Part shown: positions 42,633-55,369 of the stretch, piece by piece | Layout of the letters: each line of letters starts with the position of its first letter | Numbering within the stretch: position 1 is the stretch's first letter | From: the human T2T-CHM13v2.0 reference genome, Homo sapiens | DNA: 64,000 nucleotides | Strand: one strand, 5' to 3' | Assembly: GCF_009914755.1 (NCBI RefSeq) | Contig: NC_060936.1 | Made by a program: the position numbers and the translations under genes | Notes under the pieces: model-generated | Seen by the model: only the letters and a program-made list of their open reading frames with translations | Told to the model about the DNA's origin: nothing | The model's database searches: none

Positions 42633-45600
42633 TTATAAACAAAAAGAGGAACAGCACAAAACATCTCCACAGTGAAGACATATAAAACCACCAGGTTATG
42701 TTTTGAGATTATCTTGTTTGAGGAAAGAAAGGCCTGATTTGGTTGGAGAGGGCTGCTCCCAGCCGGGCCACTCAACTGCATAACCTCAGAACTACATCTT
42801 TTATTTCTTTGTTCCGTTATGCCAATCGCAAAAGAAACAAACAAAACACAAACCGAGCAAGCAACAGTGCTGTTGTCTTCACCTTACCTCAAAAGTGTAC
42901 TACTTACAGGACAAGAGAATAAGCCCCTGAAGAAGTACAAGCTGCAGGAGCTCAAAGCTGCATTTGTGTTCCTATCGCAGCAGGATTCACACTGTACTGG
43001 AACTGTTGCCTCATTATCTGTCTCTGGAACAAACTGTGAACCAGTCAAGGGTAGTCACTCTTATTTATCTTCACATTCCCAACAGCCAGTAGTGCCAGGC
43101 AAGGAGCAGAGGCTTCTAAACAACAATGGAGGCAGATTTCTTAATCCCTAAAATGTTCAGCTTCCCACATATGAGAGGTAAGCAGAAATAACGCATGTGT
43201 ATGCACACAGACTAGTTTTACAATGCATCGTGCAGCACTGCAAACTAAAAAGGAGTCCATGAATAGATGTGTCTAAGGTCAGTTAACTGCTATTCAGCTC
43301 TTCCTGGGTCACTCAGTTCAATTACAAAAGCTTTGGTGTTCATTTAATTCATCCTGTGCAATCACATTACTGAAGCAACTCTCAAAATTACTCTTCATAA
43401 AACTAGAAGAAACACACAATAGATGGTTTATTAGGATCTTTTCCTTTTAGTGAAACATTTTAGGTCACTGATGACAGAAAAGCCCGGTGCTAGATAGCTG
43501 GGCTAACTTGAACCATATCCCTAGTACAGGCAAGTTGCCTGGGTTCCAGTCCTGGCTCTGTCACTTTATGGTGTATAATTCTAAGCAAATTACTTCTCTG
43601 CTCCTTAGTTATTTAAATAGAGAATGTACTTCAAGACTATTGGGAGGATTGAGTGAGTTAATATATGTAAAGCATTTAGAAGAGTCCCTGGCACATAAAA
43701 TCCATGAAACAGGCATTTGCTATTGTTTTTATGCTTTGCACATAAAATGAAGGGGATGGATTAGATTCCTTCCAGTTCCAAGTCTAGGAGTCACCTTGGG
43801 AGTAAAGCTACATTAGGCACAGGTCACATACAAGAGAGTAGTATATAAATATGCTCTGATGATCATTAAAGACCTTCTTAAAGTCAGCTTCCATTCTGCA
43901 CAACAGCACCATCAAGAGCCCTCTTAAGGGTGATGGCCAAGTCTCAAAAGCAATGACAAATAAACTTCCTATATTAAAAGGAACATATTAAATAAGAATG
44001 ATAATATCTCTAAACCTCCTCTGCCACATACAAGTTCAAAGTTATACACCATGTAGATATGACAATGTTAACTCTAAAGCACCTTGAAGATCACCTGCTC
44101 CCTCCCTGTCTCTCATTCTGTAGATGTTCTGTAGATTAGGAAACTGAGCCAGCTACAGGGTGGAGATGAAGAGACTCACCCACATCACATCCTAAGTGAG
44201 CGTGAGAGCCAGAATTAGAACCCAGGTCTCCTGACTTGCTCTACAGTCCTGTCTACTTCCTCACAGCTGGGCAAATCCTTTAAGCCACTCACAAACAGTG
44301 TATATTCCTTTATGTTAGAGCTGGAAATTAAGAATATGATCTGTTTGTGAGGACAACATCAAGAATCAGTTAGTATAATCACTGTAACCTGGCTTAGGCA
44401 TCACCATGTAGGTTAGAAAAGCAGGATATTTCTGTGCACCTCAGTTTCCATAAGTGCAAGGCAAACAGAGATCCTTGTTCAAAGTGATCATTTAAAATCT
44501 CACATTGCTATCTTCAGATTCCACACAACAGATATGAACATGGACAAAATGCCTTCTACCAAGGGCTTTAGTCTGATTAAAATGCCAGGAGTCTACAGCC
44601 ATATAAAAAAGGAGGCCTTGAAAAAGTCGTCCAGAGGATGCAAACTTACCAAAAAACAAAACAAACAAACAAAAAACACACACACAGCTTGCTTCCAGTT
44701 CCTTACTTATCTACACTAGGAGGATCACAAAAAATGAACAAAAGACACCTATGCATACAGCCCTTCGGACTTATTCTGAACTGTCGATGTAGGTAAATCC
44801 ATACAAGGATCATCCTGGGAAGTATTATTCACTTAGAAGAAAAAGGGAAGGAACCCCAAAAGAGAGGGGAAAGTGTGAAACGAAAATAGGTTAATCTTAT
44901 TCTAAGTTTTCAAGAGTTGAGACACTAGGAAATAAAGGCACTTATTTAAATAAACCCGGGATGCTGAACCAGGAGTGTAGGTACGAAGCTGGAGAAATGT
45001 TAAACAAAGGAGAACAAAAGACCCCTGGGGAAAGATGTGCTGAATTATGAACTAATGTCATCCTGCACTCATTTGCTATATTTACACACCAGTTTTCATC
45101 TGCAGAGCTCAAAGGACTTGACTCTCATCTCGAGTGTGCTAATGAAGTTCCCTTGTGCGACAAATGGGGCAGGTACTGTATTTTTCTCTTCACTAATGGG
45201 AAAACGGTGCCAAAAGGAGGCCTGGTACCGCCGGAAAAGAGATCCAGGCCCTCTGCCTCTCATTCTGGCTGGCACAAGTCTCATCACATCATTAGGAGTA
45301 GCAGTAATAAGACTGACTCATTATCTGTACCGGACATTGTCTGCTGACAACTTTACAGGTATTTCTCATTGACTTCTCCTAACAACCCTATGAAGCAGGC
45401 ACAATTATTATTCCTATTTTACAGACGACAAAACTAAGGCACAATAAGGTGGTTTTCCTGAGGCACTCAGCTACTACATGGAATCAAAGTTTAGATCTCG
45501 CAGACTCAGTTGCAGCTGAGCTTGCAGGGGGGTCACGACATCAAGACTCCGGCCGCGGGGCTCTCTCCCCTGTTCCACAGCTCTGCCCCGGCTCAGGACT

Positions 45601-45774
45601 CAGGGCCCGGCCCGCCCCCTCCTCAGCCCGAGAGAACCCGGTGGGAGGCGCCGCGAGGGGGCCGGGCGCACTCCCGCGGCTGCCCGGCCGGGGGCGCGGC
45701 CTCCACTCCGGGGCTGGAGGGGCCTCCTCGGCCTCACCCCTGCGGGCGAGGGGCACCGGAGCGGCGGGAGGTAC

Positions 45775-45828
45775 CTGGGGGCTGTCCTGCAACGCCTCCT
45801 CTAGCAGGAGCTTGTCCACGGCGGGCAT
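45775..45828 (-). CDS. APPL2: APPL2 exon 1 coding part (MPAVDKLLLEEALQDSPQ, 54 nt)
   Basis: cgcaccATG at 45828; donor CAG|GTACCT. Confidence 0.97.
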
Positions 45829-46024
45829 GGTGCGGCGCGGCTCAGCCGAGGGCTGGGTTGGAAGGACAGAGGGCAGGAGACGCGGCGGCCGAGAGCACTC
45901 CCCGGCTCTGGGCTCAGGCGACGCGGCGGCCACTCCGTGCCCGCGGCGGCCCCGCGCGCGTCCACGCCTGGCCAGTGGCCGCCGCCGCCTGCCCGCCGGC
46001 CCAGCCCCCGGCCGAGCCGGATCA

Positions 46025-46110
46025 ACAGGAAGTGTGGCGCGCCCGGCAGGGAAACCGGAAGTGTGGTGAGCTCCGGTCCCGACACCGGAAATGTGGCGCC
46101 CGCGCTTCCG
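46025..46110 (+). promoter_or_regulatory. Cluster of ETS (GABPA/ELK-type) motifs
   Basis: ACAGGAAGTG, ACCGGAAGTG, ACCGGAAATG with GGAA at 46028, 46057, 46087; inverted CTTCCG at 46105. Confidence 0.75.
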
Positions 46111-46805
46111 CCTGCGCTCGCCGGCTCGCGGGGAGCGGGGGGCTCTGGGTGCCAGTCCCGTTGCTGAGGGAACCCTTCGGGTGTTTGTTCTCTGTGCTGA
46201 AGGTCCGTCAAGTCAATGCATATGAAGTCCAAAAGAGGAACTCGAGGGTAGAAAGATAAGGTTTTATCTGCTTATGGCTACCCAGAAAGCCTTTTGAGTT
46301 GAAGGAGCGAACAGATTTTTTCTTTTAATGGAAGGAAAAACCCACACTTCCCACACCACTTTTTCTAGATAAATTTCGACGCCCCTGAAACAGCTCTGAG
46401 AGCAAAGAGGTCGCCTATGCTATGGGAACAAAGAAAAGAGGAGAAAAGCTGGATAACTGACTCGTCTGTGATAATCAGAAATAACCACTTTGGAAACCAC
46501 AGCTATTTGATGTGGTCATAATTAGGTCTCGTCCTCCTGGTTTATGTTTTGTGATTTTGGAGAATTTCATAATCAAATGTTTAGAATTGGAAGGGCTAGA
46601 TAATCTAGGTTCCAGTGTTGTCATTTAGAGATGAGAAAATGGGACCCAGAGAAATAAGTGGTCTGCCCAGGGTCAGTTAGTAAACGCCAGAGGAAGAAAA
46701 GAAGGAAGGGAGAGGGATGGAAGAAGACTGGCAAGTGGAACGTGACACCTTTTTACACGGAAGGCAAGGGTTTCTGAAGTTCCTTCTTTAGAAGTTAATA
46801 AGACT

Positions 46806-47102
46806 GGCCGGGCGTGGTGGTTCACGCCTGTAATCCCAGCACTTTGGGAGGCCGAGATGGGTGGATCACGAGGTCAGGAGTTCAAGACCAGTCTGGCCAA
46901 GATGCTGAAACCCCGTCTCTACTAAAAATACAAAAATTAGCCGGGCGTGGTGGCATGCGCCTGTAATCCCAGCTACTCGGGAGGCTGAGGCAGAAGAATC
47001 ACTTGAACCCGGGAGGCAGAGGTTTCAGTGAGCCGAGAGGGCACCACTGCACTCCAGCCTGGGCAACAGAGCAAGACTCCGTCTCAAAAAAAAAAAAAAA
47101 AA
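46806..47102 (+). mobile_element. AluS upstream of the promoter
   Basis: Full dimer with A tail. Confidence 0.95.
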
Positions 47103-48929
47103 TCATGCAGTATGTGTGTCACCAAAATCAACAGAGGGGATATGGTAATATATAAATTCTGCATTCTGCAGAGACCTCTTAGGTATATCAAGACCCAATC
47201 TGCATTGCTGACACCTCTGACAGTCTAGTATAGTAGCATGCTGCCTGATCACTTGAAAACTCCAAGGCCATTATTCCCTTGGTCTGGCCAGCGCCAACCT
47301 GACCTGAACCATTTTATGGCCTCCATCTACCATATTTTCCTCCACAGTATTCTTTCTTCCCTATTCTTTCTTGCCTCCACCATACTCTTGTCTTCCCTAT
47401 AGGTGGAATCATGCTCACACCATATTTCTTCCCTTTCCTCTATTTTATACCGCCTGCCATTCAGTTCATTTTACCTCATCCAGTGTCCCAGACTCTCTTC
47501 TCACTGAAATCTAATTCCTCACGGCCAGACTCATGCTCTTCCTTCATCCTGATTGCGAGAACAGTACAAGGATAGTATTATACCCAGGGAAATAAATGTG
47601 CACATTTTAATTTGAAAATATGCATTACAAGAAGTTAGTGCCCTCAGAACCCTTGAAAGGGCTCAGACAGCCCCTTGGGAATCACAGCATTTTTCATGTA
47701 CCACCTCATCTTCTAATTAAAGTTACTTTTCTTCAAATACTAGTATTCAACATTCAAAAATTGTTTAAGCTATCCCATTACTTTTCTGCATTTTCTTGCT
47801 ACATTATGGGCTAAACAGCCTTAGTGGGATTTCTTGGAACTTAAGAACTGTTTACAACATTGTTTCTATGGGAAAATCTATCCCAAATTCAAAACAACTA
47901 AGTTACAAAAGTAGATCTGGAAATACAACACATGCATAAATGGTTTTAATTTATCTCATTTGTTAATTCATCCAATCATTCATTCATGTATTAAATATAG
48001 ACTGCTCAGTGTTAAGCACTGTCTCCCACTTGTTTGATTCTCATTTAAATTCTGAAGGCAAATATCCTCTCCTTTGATAATCTGTGAGAAACTACATAAG
48101 AGGAATTTTTATGTCAACATGAACATTTAAAAATGTTTCATTAAAGAGTATATATCTGTTCCTATTAAACTATTATGCAGGTGGATTTTAGAAATCCACC
48201 CCACTGTCTCTGAAATCCCTGGTCAGCTGTGAAGTTGGTGACAGGAAGTATAAAGATGGACAGTCTGGAGTTGTCGTGATGTCTGAAGAGAGAGAGGATG
48301 AATTATATGGAGGTGTAACCTGTGACCCATTGAAGGCCAGTGGGGAAAAGGACACAGTGAGACACAAAAAAAGGACCCAGGATGGCCAGGTCAGAGAAGG
48401 CCTGGGGCTTCAGGAGTAAGAGAGAAAGGCAGGAGTGAAGAAGGCAGCTGTTTTGGGAGATGCTTAGCAAACTGCATGATAGGGCACACGCATTGAGATT
48501 CTTTCCTCTGCCAGTCAAGCCCTTTCTCCTGCCTCTTGTCTGACAAACCCAACCACAATCATCAAATCCCAGTTTAATGTGACTTTTTTGATGAAGTCTT
48601 CATTTACTCCTGTCCCCCCAAGCAGAATACATTTTCCTTTCCTTGAGTGTGCTTCAGTAGCACTTGCCGAGATAATTCTAGAATAACACTTACCTCTCTT
48701 TGTTTCCACCTCCAACCTTCCAGCTAGAATGGGTAGGAACTTGGTCTTATTTATTTCTGTAATTAGAGTGCCTAGTACATTACCTAGCACAAAAGCAGTT
48801 GCTTGATAAATACTTACTAAACTATAATGTGTTATTATAACTTATACATGATTGATACTCCAGAGTTTAAAAAATGTTTTCATGAATCTCATTTCATTTG
48901 ATAGCACAATGCTGCTTTTGCCGTTAATC

Positions 48930-51150
48930 ATTCACTAGGTAGCACCGACTGTGTGTTAGACTCTTCTCTAGAAGCTGAGGATATAGGCTGAAGCAAAAAG
49001 TAGTCCTTGCCCTAATGGAGTTTATATTCTAATGGAGGAAATAATAAGAAACAAATACAAGTTGATAAGTGTATGATAACCTTTAGTAAAGGAATAGAGG
49101 ATCATGGGAAGTGGAAAGGATTCTTTGAGGTGTGCAACTGTTGAGCTGAGAATTGAATCAGGGAAGCCCAGCCCGAAGGAAAGAACAAGTGTGAGGGCCC
49201 TGAGGCTTGCTCCTCTTTGAGGAGGAGCAGAAAGGCCAATGTGGCTAAGGACAGCGAGGCGGGAAAGAGTGGGAGGAGATGAGGTTGAAGAGATGCCAAT
49301 CACTGGCTCACAGAGGACGCTGAGTCCATGGGGAAGGACTTTGGGTGTTGCTCTTGATATGGCAGGAAGCCACTGTAAATATGAGCAACTGAATGACAGG
49401 GTCTGATTTACATTTTTAAAGACTATCTCTGGGTTCTGAAGAGGCTTTTGCAATCCTTCAAGCAAGAGATTTGAGAGATATAGGTCAAAGTCGAGGGTAT
49501 GGAAATGTTGGGAGGTAGTTGAAGTCTGAACATATTTTGAAAGTAGAACTGACAGGATATGCTGGATGTAGTATGTGAGAGAAAGTGGGAAAGCCATTGG
49601 GCAAATGGTCCTGTGATTTACTGAGACAGAAAACCCTGGGGAGAAGCAGGTTGTTGGTGGTGGCGCATCAATAGTGCTGTTCAGGCTGTTGTGATTGAGA
49701 TGCCCGTTAGGCAATCAAGTGGAGGTTTCATGTGGGTACTTGTATATACCACTCAAGTTTAGGAGGAGACTGGGGCTGAAGGTATAAATCCATGAGTTCA
49801 CCAACATGGGGACGTTATTTAAACCAAAAGAGTAGATGAGATTTCTTAGGAATCTAATACAGAAAGGAAAGAGGAAAGCTTGGTGGATTGAGGCCCAAGC
49901 AAGATCCAGCAGCTAATGGTGTAGGAGGAATATCAGGAGACTAATAGACCACCCTAGAAGCCCTATGAATGGGAAACTTGGAGGCACTACTATACTAAAA
50001 GCCAGGGGACAAAAGGTTTCAAAAATGAATTGATCCACAATGTCAAATGCAGCTAAGAGATCAAGTAAGAATAAAGACCAGAAATTGACCTTTAAATTTG
50101 CCAATAGGAAGGTCATTCGGTGAATTTGGTAAGAGACTTTGATAAGAGCAATTTTATTTGAAAGCAAGATGGTGTCTGTTCAAGAGCAATGGTGGGAATA
50201 CAAAGACAATTCTTTCAAGAGGTTTTTCAATAAAGGGAAGTGGTTGAAGGGGAAGTGACTGCAGGGGATGATTTAAAAAAAGGGAGGTTTTTGGTTTGTT
50301 TGCTTGTTTTAAAATAGAAAAGTTGTAGACTTTAGGCAAGGTATTTAATCTTTCTGAGCTTCAGTTTACTTCCCTATGATATGAGAATGGCATTACCAAT
50401 CACAAGTTGTTTCCATACACACCTGTCTCTATGTCCTGTATTAGTCAAGACTTTTTAAGTGGCAAATCACAGAAACCTAACTCCAACTGGCTTAAAGAAA
50501 ACATAAAAGTCTGAAAGAGATTGGATTTCTTAGATTATTTATATGCTGATGAGAATGATCCAGTAGAGTGGGGGAAAAGCTAAAGATATGAGAGAGAGGT
50601 GACAATTGCAAGAACAAAGTCCTTGAACAGACAAAAAGGAGTAGAATCCAAATCACAAGTGATAGGCTTGGGAGGCTGAGGCAAGTCGATCACTTGAGGC
50701 CAGGAGTTCAAGACCACCATGGTGAAACCCTGTCTCTCCTGAAAATACAAAAATTAGTCGAGCATGCGTGTGAGCACCTGTAGTCCCAGCTACTTAGGAG
50801 GCTGAGGCAAGATAATCGCTTGAACCCAGGAGGCAGAGGTTGCAGTAAGCCAAGATTGCACCACTGCACTCCAGCCTGGGTGACAGAGTGAGACTCTTTA
50901 AAAAAAAAATGCAAAAAACAAATCACAAGGGATAGGGATGGCCTTAGATAGAAGCAAGGACAGTACGTTCATAGTGATACAAGAACAGTAGGTTGGTAGA
51001 TTAAATGGGAGGAATGAAGGCGTTCTATTCTGATTGCTTTTATTTTTCTCAGTGAGATAAGAAGCAAGGCCATCGGCTCAAAGCAATAATGGTCAGATGG
51101 TATTGAAGGTTTGAGGAGAGAGGAGATGGCATAAAATAGTCATCTTGGAG
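48930..51150 (-). mobile_element. Long L2 fragment, interrupted at 50327-50519 and by an Alu
   Basis: Inverted L2 3' end (TCCTTGCCCTAATGGAGTTTATATTCTA), TGTCAAATGCAGCTAAGAGATCAAGTAAGA, GCTGATGAGAATGATCCAGTAGAG. Confidence 0.75.
50667..50910 (+). mobile_element. 5'-truncated Alu inserted in L2
   Basis: TSD CAAATCACAAG(T/G)GATAGG. Confidence 0.9.
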
Positions 51151-51394
51151 CACAGGAAGGTGAGGCATAAGTATTAGTATCCTCATTTGATAAACGTTAC
51201 AACTGAGGCTCAAACAAATGATGTGACAGGGCCCAAATTCTAAATGCCAGGGCTCTGCCCACTGTACCCAAAGAGAAGAAGGAAGCCTGCTCAGTAGGAA
51301 GCTTCAGACTACCCAAACCTAGGATTCCTGTCCTTTTACCTCCCAGGTGCCTACATAGTGTCTGACTCACAACAAATGCTTTCCTTTCCTTTTC

Positions 51395-51688
<294 letters not shown>

Positions 51689-53067
51689 TAATGCTTTTCA
51701 AATGCTTGTTGAATGGCAGCATTCAATCCTGTTCTCTCCACCCAAAACTTGTGACTCAGGTTCTGTATCACCGACTGTCCTCTCATTTGCTTTATGAGAC
51801 AAATGAGACTGTCCTCTCATTTGTCCTCTCATTGCTCCCTGTAGCCAGTCCATGGAAACAGAGAGGAAATTCATGACCTCCAAGGAGGTTTGGAGTCCTT
51901 CACGCCTGAGAGATCACCATGGAAAACAATGAAGGGGAGAAAAAAGCTCGTCAGTTCTCAAGTATTCATCTCATGGTGGCGACTGGCCTTTGACTTTCAC
52001 TCAGGATACAAATTTGATCCTGCCACTCCGCTATTTAAAATCTTTGGTGATAATAAGAGGAATAACAATAATTGCAAACAGACACTTACTTATTGAACTA
52101 TTACTATGTGCCAGGTACTATACTAAGGATTTTACCTGCATTATCTCCTAAAATTATTCAAAACCTCATTGGTTATTTGCTGTTATAATCCCCAGTTTAA
52201 AGATGAGGAAATTGAGGCCTGGAAAGCTTAAAGAACTTGCCCACAGTTAGCTAATTTCAGAGGTGGGATTCAAACCTGTGGAATATGTTTCTAACTCCAG
52301 CCTCTTCCAAGGCTTCCTTCAGTGCTCCTTATTGCCTACAGTATAATGTCTGCATTCCTTAGCAGGATTCACAAACCCCTGCTTGATTACTGTGCTGCCA
52401 TCATCTTCTGCCATGACCTTTTGTACACGTGCCTTACAAAGTTCCCTGTAGTCCTTGAAAATGTAGTTTCCCATGCCTGTGTCTTTGCAGAGATTGTTTC
52501 CATCAGCCTCAAATCCCCTTCCTCCATGGGTCTCTTAACAAATTCATCTTCTAAAGCTGTGCTTAAATATCGCTTCTGTGGTCAATGAAATTCAGTTCTA
52601 TGCATATTAATGAAGCATGTACTTTGTTCCAAGCACCGAGGTAGGCACTGCAGGTTTAATAACGTAAAAGAAACATGGACTTGCTGCCCTTCAAGGGAGA
52701 TTCCCATCTACTAATGGCAGACGATTAAAAACAGGAGTGTTCCAGTAGAGGACAATCCACATGACACAGGGAGCACATGTAAAGGAGTCATAGGCTAAGG
52801 TCAACATTTCTGGAATGAGTGTCCTGACAGGGGACGATGCACAGGACAGGAGTGTGTAGGAGAAAGGTAACCACGATCTAATCAGTCAATCTTGCCTGTA
52901 ACTGTTGCCATGTTTGTGTGTTTGTGTCCCTGTCTGCTGCCTATGGTGAGTTATTGCAAAAGTAAATAAAATACATATTAGTAGGTTTATATATATGTTA
53001 TACCTTATGTAAATATTTTGAGAAGCGTTCCAAGAAGTAACAAGCTCTTGAAGAAAAATGCATCCTT

Positions 53068-53370
53068 GGCCGGGCATGGCGGCTCACACCTGTCATCCCA
53101 GCACTTTGGGAGGTTGAGGAGGGCGGATCATTTGAGGTCAGGAGTTCGAGACCACCCTGGCCAACGTGGTGAAACCCTGTCTCTACTAAAAACACAATAA
53201 TTAGCTGGGCATAGTAGTGGGCACCTGTAATCCCATCTACTCAGGAGGCTGAAGCAGGAGAATCGCTTGAACTTGGGAGGTGGAGGTCTCAGTGAGCTGA
53301 GTTGATGCTACTGCCCTCCAGCCTGGGCAACAGAGTGAGACTCTGTCTCAAGAAAAAAAAAAAAAAAAAA
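53068..53370 (+). mobile_element. AluS
   Basis: Full dimer with A tail. Confidence 0.94.
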
Positions 53371-53905
53371 GAATCTGTGTAGTGCTTCTACTGTGCTAGG
53401 AGAAATGTATTTCAAATGCCACCCAATAATGTTCACTATCATTTCCCAGTGTTTGAATGTTCAGTACAGGCAACAGTTCTTCATAAATACTACTAAATTT
53501 ATTAGTTTTTATTTATGAGTTTGCCTATATTCATAGTAACAAGTAAATAGTATATGATATTAGAATTGTATTAAGAATAGCTTATGATTTAAGAATTCCT
53601 CAGATTTTCCAGGAAATCTGATTTCTTATTCCCAAATCCCAAAGAATGATATCTGTTGGGAATTTAGAAACTCCTAGTGGGGGCACATAGGCTAAACTAA
53701 GACCTTCTCTAGGTTGCTTAAAATTGATTTCATCTGTCTTTCCTCCATCCACATATGGGACTTGGTACATGCTCTTATTAGCACTTATGCCATTATCTTA
53801 TTTATCTAATGTGCTTATCTTTCTGGACTGAACAGTGAGCCCTTATATTATAAGGCCCTTATCTCATGTATCTTTATTTCTTTAGCACCAACCTCAAAAC
53901 CTGAC

Positions 53906-54878
53906 TTTTTTTTTTTTTATTTTACTTTAAGTTCTGGGATACATGTGCAGAACGTGCAGGTTTGTTACATAGGTATACATGTGCCATGGTGGTTTGCTGC
54001 ACCTGTCAACCTGTCATCTAGGTTTTAAGCCCCGCATGCATTAGGTATTTGTCCTGATGCTCTCCCTTCCCTTGTCCCTCACCCTCCAACAGGCCCCGGT
54101 GTGTGATGTTCCCCTCCCTGTGTCCATGTGTTCTCATTGTTCAACTCCCACTGATGAGTGAGAACATGCGGTGTTTGGTTTTTCTGTTCCTGTGTTAGTT
54201 TGCTGAGAATGATGGCTTCCAGCTTTATCCATGTCCCTGCAAAGGACATGAACTCATTCTTTTTTATGGCTGCATAGTATTCCATGGTGTATATGTGCCA
54301 CATTTTTTTAATCCAGTCTATCATTAATGGGCATTTGGATTGGTTCCAAGTCTTCGCTATTGTAAATAGTGCTGCAATAAACATAAGTGTGCATGTGTCT
54401 TTACAGTAGAATGATTTATAATCTTTTGGGTATATACCCAGTAATGGGATTGCTGGGTCAAATGATATTTCTGGTTCTAGATCCTTGAGGAATCGCCACA
54501 CTGTCTTCCACAATGGTTGAACTAATTTACACTCTTACCAACAGTGTGAAAGTGTTCCTATTTCTCCACAGACTTGCCAGCATCTGTTGTTTCCTGACTT
54601 TTTAATAATTGCCATTCTAACTGGCAGGGGATGGTATCTCATTGTGGTTTTGATTTGCATTTCTGTAATCACCAGTGATGATGAGCTTTTTTTCATATGT
54701 TTGTTGGCCACATAAATGTCTTCTTTTGAGAACTGTCTGTTCATATCCTTTGCCCACTTTTTGATGGGGTTGTTTGCTTTTTCTTGTAAATTTGTTTAAG
54801 TGCCTTGTAGATTCTGGATATTAGCCCTCTGTCAGATGGATAGATTGCAAAAATTCTCACCCATTCTGTAGGTTGCCT
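53906..54878 (-). mobile_element. 5'-truncated L1, L1PA8-like
   Basis: Poly-T, 3' UTR TCTAGGTTTTAAGCCCCGCATGCATTAGG, ORF2 C-terminal peptides in ORF track; degenerate TSD AAAACCTGACT/AGAACCTGGCT; sits inside an L2 3' end. Confidence 0.88.
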
Positions 54879-54941
54879 AGAACCTGGCTGTTAATTGACT
54901 TTCAGTAAAAATTTACTCAGTGAGTAAAGGAATTCGGTAAC

Positions 54942-55369
54942 TGTTTCAATTAGGGTTAGATTTGGCTGTATCTAATAAGAAAAAATAATAATAGTGTCTA
55001 AAACATGGTAAGATTTTATTTCTCTCCTGTATTCAAGAAGTCCAGAGGTGATCAGCCCAGGGCTAGTGTGGCCCGTCACAGTGTCAGAGACAGATGCCTT
55101 CTCCTGTCCTCTCTGGCTTCCCTAACCAAAGTCACTCCATGGCCCAGGATGGCTGTTGGCTTTCCAGTCATCTAGTCAAATTTCAATCAGCAGGTTGGAG
55201 AAAGCAACAAAGAAGGACACATTTCCAGCAGAAATTGCACACAGAACTTCTGCTTACATCCCATTCCATAAGCCAGAGCTTAGTCACATTGCCACACGCA
55301 ACTACAAGGGAAGCTGGAAAGTTGGCCTTCTTCCAGGCTCAGTATGCCCAACAAGGAATCAGGGGTTCT
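54942..55369 (+). mobile_element. MaLR LTR (MLT1I/J/K-like), left part
   Basis: TGTTTCAATTAGGGTTAG...GAAGTCCAGAGGTG...CAGGGCTAG...GAGCTTAGTCACATTGCCACAC...CAAGGGAAGCTGGAAA; terminal portion apparently at 62458-62521. Confidence 0.65.

Larger units (their letters stand above)
45540..46150. promoter_or_regulatory. CpG island / TATA-less APPL2 promoter and 5' UTR
   Basis: Very high GC and CpG density around exon 1; GC boxes; ETS motifs at 46025-46110. Confidence 0.92.

Noticed and set aside
45449-46259. Long plus-strand ORFs (206 and 249 aa) across the promoter
   Set aside because: Non-ATG starts and Gly/Arg/Pro/Ala-rich low complexity; expected from stop-codon scarcity in a CpG island; no recognisable domain.
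49022-49714. 230-aa minus-strand ORF
   Set aside because: Lies within a decayed L2; no coherent protein motif.
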